Below are positions 33,303-40,911 of a DNA stretch of 42,687 nucleotides, piece by piece. The DNA comes from a virus. The stretch lies in IMG/VR virus record IMGVR_UViG_3300021387_001323. One strand, given 5' to 3'. Position numbers and translations under genes: made by a program. Position 1 is the first letter of the stretch. Each line of letters starts with the position of its first letter. The notes below the pieces were generated by a model. It searched no databases. It was not told where the DNA came from and saw nothing but the letters and a program-made list of their open reading frames with translations.

Positions 33303-33506
33303 CAGACGAAACGAAACGCCCGAAAAATTTTTCTAAAAAAATTTTCGATTTCTGGGCTCGCCAGCACCGCAGGCGGTTGAGAGCAGTCACAGTACCTTGC
33401 CGGACTCCGGATGGGTTCGGAGTCTTGCATGGCGGAGCGGTCGCCTTTGGGTTGGCGTCGCGCCCGGGCGTCGGCTGCATCCGCTTGGTGTGGCGGAGCG
33501 GCCTGC

Positions 33507-34169
33507 CTACTTGCTCATGGTCTGCTCGACGTGGTGGTTTAGTCGTGCAATCATTCCCTCCTCGATCCGCTTCTGGATGTCCTCGGCCACCTTTTCGTTG
33601 GTGATCATTTGAGGAATGGAGACGGACTTGATGGAGGTGATCGGCGTGCGGCTTTCTCCAGTCCTTTGAAATGGAATGAAGCCCTCGCCTTTATTGGTTC
33701 CCAGGAACGCTCCGCTCGGCAGGTTCTTGGCCTTGCCTTTGTGGATCTCCACGTTTATCTGGTAAGCCTTTATCGGATAGACCGGAGCCACTTCGCCAGT
33801 GAAGCCCTCGACATTCTCGCCCGGGATCAGGCGCTTGTCCTTTTCCCTGGCAGCCTTTGGCTTCTTGGGTTTCATTTTGAAGTGGAGCGGAGTGAGTAGC
33901 CGTCCTTTGTATTCCAGGCCGATGTTGTCAACCATGGTGCCGCTGACTTTGATGGAGCCGATCTTCTTGGCTCCGACCATGGCGCCCTTGACCTCTGACT
34001 TCTTGATTGTGTACTCGTCAGAGACTGCCTGGCTGATCCATCCGGGTGCACGGCTTTTGAAGTCGGACACGGTTCTGCTGATTGCTTTCTCCGCGTCCTT
34101 GTTCATCGCCCGAAGGTCGCTGCATAGCTTGGCGTAGTTCTTGATTGAGATCTGCATACCCTCAGCCAT
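33507..34169 (-). CDS. Tail completion protein (lambda gpZ-like)
   Basis: Overall pattern resembles gpZ (…SGAFLGTNKGEGFIPFQRTGESRTPITSIKSVSIPQM…); first gene after the early-operon terminator. Confidence 0.4.
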   Translation of the reverse strand: MAEGMQISIKNYAKLCSDLRAMNKDAEKAISRTVSDFKSRAPGWISQAVSDEYTIKKSEVKGAMVGAKKIGSIKVSGTMVDNIGLEYKGRLLTPLHFKMKPKKPKAAREKDKRLIPGENVEGFTGEVAPVYPIKAYQINVEIHKGKAKNLPSGAFLGTNKGEGFIPFQRTGESRTPITSIKSVSIPQMITNEKVAEDIQKRIEEGMIARLNHHVEQTMSK

Positions 34170-34185
34170 GGCGTGCCTCCTTTCG

Positions 34186-34218
34186 CAAACAAAAACAGCA
34201 GGACGGGGTTGCCTGCTG
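34186..34218 (-). terminator. Intrinsic terminator at end of early operon
   Basis: Minus strand CAGCAGG - 9-nt loop - CCTGCTG followed by TTTTTGTTTG; 17 nt before next gene ATG. Confidence 0.65.
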
Positions 34219-34256
34219 CTTTGTCCGGTTTGTTTTTCCGGTTCTTATTCAGTCTG

Positions 34257-34265
34257 ATAATAACA
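34257..34265 (-). promoter_or_regulatory. Extended -10 element (TGTTATTAT) without recognisable -35
   Basis: Minus strand acgcgTGtTATTATcag; -35 position occupied by the 10-bp repeat array. Confidence 0.3.
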
Positions 34266-34270
34266 CGCGT

Positions 34271-34320
34271 TCTACTTCCGTGCGCTTCCGATTTCTACCG
34301 ATTACTTCCGATTACTTCCA
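34271..34320. repeat. Five tandem 10-bp repeats (minus strand CGGAAGTAAT consensus), helical phasing
   Basis: tctacttccg tgcgcttccg atttctaccg attacttccg attacttcca, exactly 10-bp register. Confidence 0.85.
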
Positions 34321-34355
34321 AAAACTCCCACATTAACCGACTAAAACCGTTGGGT

Positions 34356-34859
34356 TTATTGGCTTTTCTTGGGTTTGGTTTTTTCGTTTTTTTCTGTCTC
34401 GGATATATAAATCTTTGCAAGTGAGACGAGAGCAGAGCCGTGTAGCTTGTACGTGCGCTGCTGGTATGCCCTGGCCGCTGTCTTGTAGTCGGGCTCACGG
34501 TGGAAGATGGCGCGAGTGATGTCCGTCCAGCCCATGCCGTCGAAGTATTTCATGCGCACAACTGCACGCTCGTCGGCTTTTGGGATCTTCCGGATGAGAT
34601 GGTCGAGAGCTCTGCGCTCGTTCTCCATGATGCGCAGGTCGTCGCCGATCTCTTTTTCCAGCTCCATGACCTCCGCCACGTAGTTGGTCATCTTGTCTTT
34701 GTCACCGCCTCCGCCTCCAGGTATCGGCTCGAAGCTCGGGCTCTTGTATTCCATGGAAGCCCTGAGTCTCTCCAGTCGCTCGAGCTGTATCTCATGGTCT
34801 CTGCGCATCTCTGCGTATGCCTGGAGGCGTTCTTTGATCGCGTCCGTTTTCTTGGTCAT
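34356..34859 (-). CDS. Late-gene transcriptional activator, sigma-70 region-4-like (RinA/DUF1492-type)
   Basis: C-terminal ...ADERAVVRMKYFDGMGWTDITRAIF... HTH resembling sigma region 4; N-terminal coiled coil; position just before the structural genes. Confidence 0.6.
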   Translation of the reverse strand: MTKKTDAIKERLQAYAEMRRDHEIQLERLERLRASMEYKSPSFEPIPGGGGGDKDKMTNYVAEVMELEKEIGDDLRIMENERRALDHLIRKIPKADERAVVRMKYFDGMGWTDITRAIFHREPDYKTAARAYQQRTYKLHGSALVSLAKIYISETEKNEKTKPKKSQ

Positions 34860-34862
34860 CAG

Positions 34863-36251
34863 CTACACCTCCCCGTTGTTTGTTTCCACGCCTGCTGCCC
34901 CTGCTGCCAAAATAGGAGCCCATACCTCGCGGGCTTGCTCCTTTCCCTTGCGGATCAGGCGCAGGTCGGTGTCACCGGTGAGCTGCACGTAGCGGCGGAC
35001 GATGGTGTCCGTGTAGCCCGGCGTGAGTTCCATGATGTACGCCTGCTGCCCTTGCTTCTCAGCTGCTGCAAGGCTGGTCCCGCTGCCTCCGAACGGATCA
35101 TAGACGCCCAGCGCCCAGGCAGTGTTGTCGAGGATCTTCTCCAGGAGCTCCAGGGGCTTCTGGGTTGGGTGGAGTTCATTGCCGGAGCGGGTGCACTGGA
35201 TGACGTTGCCGTATCCTTTGTGGTTGTCCCAGTTGGCTTTGCGCTTGATGCCAAACATACAAAGCTCGTGCTGGGCTCTCCATCCGAAGCCCATGCCGGG
35301 TGTCTGCTTATCCCATACGATCATTGACTTCACCCCCAGTCCTGAGCTCTCCACTAAGTCGTAGAGATATACCCACATTCTCCAGTCTGTAAAGATATAG
35401 GCCACCGTCGCCGGGCTGTTCGCCAGCACGTTCTTGATCAGGGACTGGTAGCCCCTCGTGCTCAGCGTGTCGTTTGCTATCTTTACCTCGATTTCCTTGC
35501 CGTCCTTGTCGTATCGTTTCGTCCCGATCGAGCCTGATGACCGCCCCCCCTCCTGGAAGCCTCCGGAGCAGTACGGTGGATCAGTGAGCAGGATCTCCGG
35601 CTGCGCACCATCCAGGAGCTCAGCAACCTGCTTCTCGTTTGTGGAGTCGCCGCACATAACGCGATGACGGCCGAGGATCCACACGTCGCCCACCATAGAG
35701 ACCGGAGCGGCAGCAGGCTCAGGATCGAAGTCGTCGCCCTTGTCGTTGTCGAGCTCCTCGTGTACTGATTCCGCCAGCTGGTTGATGATCTGCTCGATCT
35801 CTGTCTCCTTGTAGCCGGTCTGGTCCAGGTCGATCTCTCCGGTGTCGATCTCCGCGAAGATGTCGGCCAGCATCTTGTTGTCAACCTCTGCCAGCTCGGC
35901 GATGCGGTTGTCGGCTATGAGGTCGGCATATTCCTCCGCCTCTGATGCGTAGTCCTGATAGTCAACCGGCACCTGGTCGAGACCCGCCAGCTGTGCAGCC
36001 ATGAGACGGCCGTGCCCCTTTACGATGTAGCCGGAGCGATTGGAGACCGTGATCGGCTGACGCCAGCCCGATGACTTGATGATCTTGGCCAGCATCTTGA
36101 TCTGGTCGTCCGGGTGCTTGTTTGGGTTTGCCGGGTTCGGTACCAGCTTTACCGTGTCCACGATCTTGTCGTGTGCACAATAAACCGGCACACCGGCAGC
36201 AGTCCCTTTTTGCTTTGGTTCTGCTTTGGTTTCCTTTGGTTCTTTTGACAT
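34863..36251 (-). CDS. ParB-like nuclease domain fused to DNA methyltransferase (N6A/N4C, DPPY type)
   Basis: N-terminal ParB-N (PNPANPNKHP...VKGHGRLMAA); MTase motifs LLTDPPY (IV) and VYDPFGGSGTS (I). Confidence 0.85.
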   Translation of the reverse strand: MSKEPKETKAEPKQKGTAAGVPVYCAHDKIVDTVKLVPNPANPNKHPDDQIKMLAKIIKSSGWRQPITVSNRSGYIVKGHGRLMAAQLAGLDQVPVDYQDYASEAEEYADLIADNRIAELAEVDNKMLADIFAEIDTGEIDLDQTGYKETEIEQIINQLAESVHEELDNDKGDDFDPEPAAAPVSMVGDVWILGRHRVMCGDSTNEKQVAELLDGAQPEILLTDPPYCSGGFQEGGRSSGSIGTKRYDKDGKEIEVKIANDTLSTRGYQSLIKNVLANSPATVAYIFTDWRMWVYLYDLVESSGLGVKSMIVWDKQTPGMGFGWRAQHELCMFGIKRKANWDNHKGYGNVIQCTRSGNELHPTQKPLELLEKILDNTAWALGVYDPFGGSGTSLAAAEKQGQQAYIMELTPGYTDTIVRRYVQLTGDTDLRLIRKGKEQAREVWAPILAAGAAGVETNNGEV

Positions 36252-36290
36252 AATATGTCCCCCGTTTCTTGTTGATTTTGGTGCTTTTTT

Positions 36291-36596
36291 CTACCATTCG
36301 AGCAGTTTGCCGCACCAGTGGCAATGCTCGTTGTTTGCGCTTATCCTCCGGCAGCAGGACGGGCAGTAGAAGATCCCACCGCCTCGTCTTGTAGGCTCCG
36401 CCGCCGTTTCGTATTGATCCACCAGCCTGGCAGTCATTTCCACCGCGCCAGTGTAGTCGTATATAATATCCGCCGCCTCCTCGACCGTTTTCTGATCCTC
36501 TCCGGAGAGAGTAGAGGCGATGCGTGCAAGGTCGTCGCAGAGCTGTCGGTATTTCTTGTCCTGCTGCCCCTGCTGCATCTTTGTCCTCTTACCCAT
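36291..36596 (-). CDS. Hypothetical protein with C-terminal zinc ribbon
   Basis: CPSCC...CHWCG; RBS AAAGGAGCACGGCCATG. Confidence 0.5.
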   Translation of the reverse strand: MGKRTKMQQGQQDKKYRQLCDDLARIASTLSGEDQKTVEEAADIIYDYTGAVEMTARLVDQYETAAEPTRRGGGIFYCPSCCRRISANNEHCHWCGKLLEW

Positions 36597-36903
36597 GGCC
36601 GTGCTCCTTTCGGATGCGTTTGAGATCCTCGGCGGTTCCTCCTGCTGCACCTTGAAGCGCACACTTGGTGCAGGCGTATCGTCCGCCCTCCCGGATCAGT
36701 GCCACCGCGATGGTGGAGAGCCAGATCCCAGCACCGCACTCAGGACACTCGGAGAGCTCCCAGTCGTGGTGCTTGTCCTTTACCTCGTCCCAGGTACCCA
36801 CATTGGAGACCAGAGGGCAGCAGGCGACGTCTCCGGGATTCATCCGGCCGGATGGGTTCGGTGTTATTTTGAAGTAGGCTCCTTGTCTTTTCTCTTTCCC
36901 CAT
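36589..36903 (-). CDS. Hypothetical zinc-finger protein
   Basis: CPECG...CTKC; RBS CAGGAGGCAAACCATG. Confidence 0.55.
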   Translation of the reverse strand: MGKEKRQGAYFKITPNPSGRMNPGDVACCPLVSNVGTWDEVKDKHHDWELSECPECGAGIWLSTIAVALIREGGRYACTKCALQGAAGGTAEDLKRIRKEHGHG

Positions 36904-37109
36904 GGTTTGCCTCCTGATGGTTCAATGATGCACCTCTCGCCGTCCTCGGTCTCTACGACCGCGCCTTTTCTTGCGTATATGATCGCCACCGGCTCGCCGA
37001 AATATATGCCAGCCCAGTGCTCGAGCTTCTTGGAGAGCTTGCGCATCTTCTTGTCTGCGACTTCTTTCATTGCCTTGCGGAAGCCGTCAAACTCCTCGTC
37101 TGTTATCAT
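36864..37109 (-). CDS. Hypothetical small protein
   Basis: RBS AGAGGAGGAAAGACATG at internal Met (MITDEEF...). Confidence 0.5.
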   Translation of the reverse strand: MITDEEFDGFRKAMKEVADKKMRKLSKKLEHWAGIYFGEPVAIIYARKGAVVETEDGERCIIEPSGGKPWGKRKDKEPTSK

Positions 37110-37125
37110 GTCTTTCCTCCTCTTT

Positions 37126-37350
37126 TTAATAACCGACCGTTTTCTTTGGGTTTTGTTCGGTTTCTTTCGGTTCAGTGTTCGGGCGGATGGTCTCCGCGAT
37201 GGTGAGCGTCTTGAGTTGTTTCTCAAAGATTTCCTGGAAGCCATCTCCGGTGTTCTTTTGTTTCTTCGCCTGCTGCCGGTCGTCTGCTATAAATGGGCGC
37301 TTACCGTTTAGGATGTCGGTCGCTGCCCATACGCCTGCGATATTTCTCAC
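37126..37350 (-). CDS. Hypothetical small protein
   Basis: GTG start overlapping ASCH stop (GTGA) with GGAGGAGG RBS. Confidence 0.4.
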   Translation of the reverse strand: MRNIAGVWAATDILNGKRPFIADDRQQAKKQKNTGDGFQEIFEKQLKTLTIAETIRPNTEPKETEQNPKKTVGY

Positions 37351-37781
37351 TGCTGCACCTCCTCCCATATCCGTGCGTCGTCGTATATCGTCCACAAGCC
37401 CTGCTGCCCGCGCCACTCAATCGGATGAGAGAGTGGCCGGATGTTGTCGAGCACCCAGGCGAAGCGGCCGGGACGGTAGTCGCCGAACGTTTTCTCCTGG
37501 AGCGTGAGCTGTTCCACGTATTCCTTGGAGAGCGGCACCACGTCCACGAGATCAGCCACCGCAACGATGGCTCCATGTGGTAGCGGCTTCGGTACGTCTT
37601 TTAGGAGCTCGTCGGTGAGACGTCTGGCGTCCCTTGTCAGGGCGTCGGGTTGTGCTTCCATGAGTCCGGCATGGATGGCAATCGGCCCGCGGTGGGATGT
37701 TCTCCATCCTCTGGTCTCGATTTTCTTCTCACCCAGGGCGATCAGCTGCGCCCATGGTTGCCTTATGGTAATTGCTTTCAC
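37347..37781 (-). CDS. ASCH domain protein
   Basis: MKAITIRQPWAQLIALGEKKIETRGW...HAG... typical ASCH/PUA-like N-terminus. Confidence 0.75.
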   Translation of the reverse strand: MKAITIRQPWAQLIALGEKKIETRGWRTSHRGPIAIHAGLMEAQPDALTRDARRLTDELLKDVPKPLPHGAIVAVADLVDVVPLSKEYVEQLTLQEKTFGDYRPGRFAWVLDNIRPLSHPIEWRGQQGLWTIYDDARIWEEVQQ

Positions 37782-37903
37782 TATTCACCGTCCTTTTCGC
37801 GTTTGCCCTTACGACTGCTGCCGTTGCCGCCTTTGTTGATGATGGTCAGGATCACCAGCGTGGCGCAGATGATCAATGTGATGCAGATAGCTGTTGCGTT
37901 CAT
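37781..37903 (-). CDS. Possible 40-aa single-TM peptide
   Basis: RBS AAAGGAGGAGAAACATG; MNATAICITLIICATLVILTIINKGG...; below ORF-track cutoff. Confidence 0.45.
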   Translation of the reverse strand: MNATAICITLIICATLVILTIINKGGNGSSRKGKREKDGE

Positions 37904-37936
37904 GTTTCTCCTCCTTTTCTCGCCTGCTGCCAGGCG

Positions 37937-38417
37937 TTACATTGTGATGCAGTTGGTTGGTATGTTCCTTTGTTCTGGGCTTCTCCATATAACGAGAGCC
38001 GATGGAAAAGGCGCCGGATCTGTTGCGTGGCCGTCCTCGTCTGTAAACTTGAGCCGCCCTTTTATAAATCGCACCTCGTCGGCTTTGCCGCCCAGTATGT
38101 AGTCGTGCCAGTATTGTGTGTCCGTCCTTGCTGGGATCAGCATGGCGACCATTGTGCCCGGTGTTTGAGATTCCTGGAAGCCCTTGCGCACCCAGTCAGC
38201 AATTTGCCGACCGTATGGAGGATTGCAGAACACTCGGCACCCCCCCCCACGATTGCTCCAGGCCGTTTTCCTCCGGCGTGAAGTAGTTTGCGCACTTGGC
38301 GCTTTTATGTGTTGCAGCAGGATCGAGATTGAAGTGGAGCTCCTTGTCGAGCTTCTCAAAGAAGTCTGCAGGAGTGCACCAGTTCATCGTCTTACTGCTT
38401 AGCATTGCTTTGTTCAT
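37937..38417 (-). pseudogene. dam: Phage Dam-like N6-adenine DNA methyltransferase, frameshifted at a G9 homopolymer
   Basis: Two overlapping ORFs: ...NWCTPADFFEKLDKELHFNLDPAA...EQSWGG | (frame change) | CRVFCNPPYGRQIADWV...LIPARTDTQYWH...FIKGRLKF; junction at C9 run 38240-38248; G8 would restore one 169-aa ORF. Confidence 0.8.
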
Positions 38418-39015
38418 CCTCGTCCTCCTCTCCGTAGGTGATCTCAATGCCCTCCAGCATCTTGACCACTCCGCTCATAAAATCCACGCGGCAGCTCTCA
38501 AGCTCATCCTGGCGGATGTATTTGCGCCCGTAGATCTCTTTCATGTCTCGGAACGTCTCCCAGGGGATCCGGTAGAAGTCCTGGAGTCCGAAGCTCACCA
38601 GCACAAAGGTGGCAGCTCCGAGCTTGTGATGTCTGGCCAGTGCCTCCACCTGCTCCTCGGTGAGCCGATCGTATGTGATCCGGTCGCTGTCCGTGTGCTT
38701 TGCCTCAAAAACGACCGAGCGGCCGCCTGTGAGGGTGCCCTTGAAGTCCGGCTGTCCCTGCTTGGTGTAGCAAGCTAAAAACTGGCCCTGTCGGTTTGGC
38801 TTCCGGAGTGGTCGCATTGGTTCCGGCGTCTTTTCAATAAATGCCACGCCCATGGATTCGTACCACTCGAGGCTTGAGCTGATCAGGTTTTCAAAGTGCT
38901 CACCTGCTGCACGCGAGCGCCTGCCCCTCATGGCTCTTTCGTATCTCTCGACACTTTCCACCGCCTCGGTGGCTGTTGGATCCGGGTATCCCTCCTGGTT
39001 CTTTCCGGCTGTCAT
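38392..39015 (-). CDS. recU: Holliday junction resolvase RecU-like
   Basis: ...GEHFENLI...GVAFIEKTPEP...QPDFKGTLTGGRSVVFEAKHT... matches RecU catalytic core pattern. Confidence 0.7.
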   Translation of the reverse strand: MTAGKNQEGYPDPTATEAVESVERYERAMRGRRSRAAGEHFENLISSSLEWYESMGVAFIEKTPEPMRPLRKPNRQGQFLACYTKQGQPDFKGTLTGGRSVVFEAKHTDSDRITYDRLTEEQVEALARHHKLGAATFVLVSFGLQDFYRIPWETFRDMKEIYGRKYIRQDELESCRVDFMSGVVKMLEGIEITYGEEDEDEQSNAKQ

Positions 39016-39506
39016 GTTGCGCTCCTCATAAAGCCCGGAGCGGCAGCGGGATTAAATTGCTTTTGAAACTGTGCCATGATCTCGTCCATTGCAGCAGGAT
39101 GGGCCTCTCTTAAAAGCGGAGCGGCAGCAGGCGTGCCAGCTTCCATGGCAGCAGGCAGAAGATCCGGGAGCTCTTTGAATACCTCCGCGGCGTCCATGAT
39201 CGGGATGTTGTGCTCCTTGGCATATTTCAGCTCACTGCGCATCCCGGCGCTCGGGTTCTGCATATAAAAAACGAGCATCCCGTCGCATCGGTTGAGGAGT
39301 TCGATGCCTGCATCCATGCCGAGCGCTCTCTGTGCCTCGTTTGTATCATCCAAAAACTGGGTGAAGTACACGTGCGGAGCGATTGGTATGTAGTCGGGCA
39401 GTGTCAGCATGACCAGCTGGCAATATTCCTGAGCCATTGTGATGTTGTGCTCGTAGTTTCCGTCGTTACCTCTGCAAGGTGAACAGATATAAAGCAGTTT
39501 TTTCAT
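39012..39506 (-). CDS. DUF4406 / nucleoside 2-deoxyribosyltransferase-like protein
   Basis: MKKLLYICSPCRG...PIAPHVYFTQFLDD...SAGMRSELKYAKEHNIPI pattern. Confidence 0.55.
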   Translation of the reverse strand: MKKLLYICSPCRGNDGNYEHNITMAQEYCQLVMLTLPDYIPIAPHVYFTQFLDDTNEAQRALGMDAGIELLNRCDGMLVFYMQNPSAGMRSELKYAKEHNIPIMDAAEVFKELPDLLPAAMEAGTPAAAPLLREAHPAAMDEIMAQFQKQFNPAAAPGFMRSAT

Positions 39507-40357
39507 TCTGTCTTTTTCCTCCCTTTTCGTTGTTTCTTTCGCCTTTGGCCTGCTGCCGTTGTTGCGATCATCAGGTCGGCCATGGCGTTGGCCACTTCTC
39601 CGGTCTCGATGTCGCTGCCATGTAAGTGGTGGCGATTCTTGACCGCGTGCTGTGCTTTGGTCTCCAGGAGCAGGTTGCTGATGTCATAGTTGAGCGTGTT
39701 GCCGTCTGCAAAGGTCACCATGCAGCCGTCCGGGATCGGTCCGTTGTGGCGTTCCCATTCGAGCTGATGCTTTAACCTCCAGCGGTTCGGCTCTGCAACC
39801 TTTTCCCAGTAATATGGGTGAGAGTGCGGCTTGTTCTTTGTTGCCTGCCTGAGCCTCACGGTTCCGATCGGTGTGCCTCCGTTGTGTGGTACCTGACCTT
39901 TTTGGAAGCGTGTCGCCTTGGTTCTCTCAATAGCCTCGGCGCTCATGAAGTCGGTCTGCTTGAGTCCTTTGTTCCAGGACTGCTGCCCTTTGACAAAATA
40001 ACCGGTGCGACCGCTGTCGAGCTTGTTCCTTGCGTAGTATGCTTTGACCTGTTCCTTTGTGAAGCTGGTGCCGAAGTGCTCGTTCAAGAGGTCAGCCATC
40101 GCCTGGTGTCCGGTTCCTTTATAGTTGGCCAGTATGAAAGCATCCTGCTCCGGTGTTGTAAGTCTTTGCGCGTCTATTTTCTTTCCGGCTCTGCCGTAGT
40201 GGATCCCGTGGTTGTGAGTGTAGGCTTTCAGCTGCGCCGGTGTAATGTCTATGCCGAGATCTTCCCGGATCTTTGGCGCCAGCTGTTTGATGGTGAGAGT
40301 CTTGAAGTGTTCGCGGACGTATTTCTCAAGCTCTGGTGGGTATATTTTACGGGGCAT
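39503..40357 (-). CDS. HNH endonuclease
   Basis: ...RLKHQLEWERHNGPIPDGCMVTFADGNTLNYDISNLLL...H... HNH_3-type motif. Confidence 0.75.
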   Translation of the reverse strand: MPRKIYPPELEKYVREHFKTLTIKQLAPKIREDLGIDITPAQLKAYTHNHGIHYGRAGKKIDAQRLTTPEQDAFILANYKGTGHQAMADLLNEHFGTSFTKEQVKAYYARNKLDSGRTGYFVKGQQSWNKGLKQTDFMSAEAIERTKATRFQKGQVPHNGGTPIGTVRLRQATKNKPHSHPYYWEKVAEPNRWRLKHQLEWERHNGPIPDGCMVTFADGNTLNYDISNLLLETKAQHAVKNRHHLHGSDIETGEVANAMADLMIATTAAGQRRKKQRKGRKKTE

Positions 40358-40363
40358 CGTCCG

Positions 40364-40642
40364 TCACCCCCCCACTTTTCCAGATTCGTCAACCACCACA
40401 TCCGTCCCGATCAGCATTTGCTTTGCGGATTCCGGTGTGACTTCGAGACCGAGCTCCTCGGTGGCATACTTTAGCGCGTCCAGCTGCGTCTTGTGGATCT
40501 CGACGATGGTCTTGGCGCTCTCAGTGATTGCCTTGCTGCGCTTAATCGCCTTTTCCAGCCCCTCATCATCCAGCTCGTCATCGTTTACCCTCTCGATCTG
40601 CTCGAAAAGGTAGTTTTTCAGGTCTGTCATTGAGTTCTGCAT
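40364..40642 (-). CDS. Hypothetical small protein
   Basis: RBS AAGGAGGAAAACCATG at internal Met (MQNSMTDL...). Confidence 0.55.
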   Translation of the reverse strand: MQNSMTDLKNYLFEQIERVNDDELDDEGLEKAIKRSKAITESAKTIVEIHKTQLDALKYATEELGLEVTPESAKQMLIGTDVVVDESGKVGG

Positions 40643-40725
40643 GGTTTTCCTCCTTGGTTTTCTTGTGTGGGCTCCTGGACTGCTGCACCAGCGCACAAAA
40701 TAGTGCGCCGGAGCTCGTCCGTGGT

Positions 40726-40899
40726 TTATTCCTTTGGCTTTTCTCTGTCGAGCTGTTTCCAGCTCTTTGGCTTCGGGCACTCCTCCAGCGGATGCCCTTT
40801 GCCGTCCGTTTTATAGTTGAGAGTGCAGCCGCGAGCTTCTCCGCTCATTGGATGCCCTCCGGTTTCTGCTGCATAGCAGCCTTTGCAGGTTTTGTTCAT
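40726..40899 (-). CDS. Possible 57-aa Cys-rich protein
   Basis: RBS AAAGGAGGATGGTCATG; MNKTCKGCYAAETGGHPMSGEARGCTLNYKTDGKGHPLEECPKP...; below ORF-track cutoff. Confidence 0.45.
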   Translation of the reverse strand: MNKTCKGCYAAETGGHPMSGEARGCTLNYKTDGKGHPLEECPKPKSWKQLDREKPKE

Positions 40900-40911
40900 G
40901 ACCATCCTCCT

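Noticed and set aside
33261-33506. A possible tRNA or small RNA gene in the GC-rich intergenic region upstream of the terminase.
   Set aside because: I could not fold a cloverleaf with an acceptor stem and conserved T-loop motifs by eye. The repeats and palindromes fit a packaging site better. A tRNA scan would settle it.
34271-34320. The tandem repeat arrays (34271-34320, 3415-3468), read as CRISPR-like arrays.
   Set aside because: The units are contiguous, with no spacers, and are only 10 or 18 bp long. No cas genes are present.
40367-40373. The C7 (coding-strand G7) run at the end of gene 40364-40642, read as a second phase-variable tract.
   Set aside because: It lies in the last codons (…KVGG stop) and doubles as the RBS region of the HNH gene. 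Both flanking ORFs are intact, and there is no evidence of a frame disruption.
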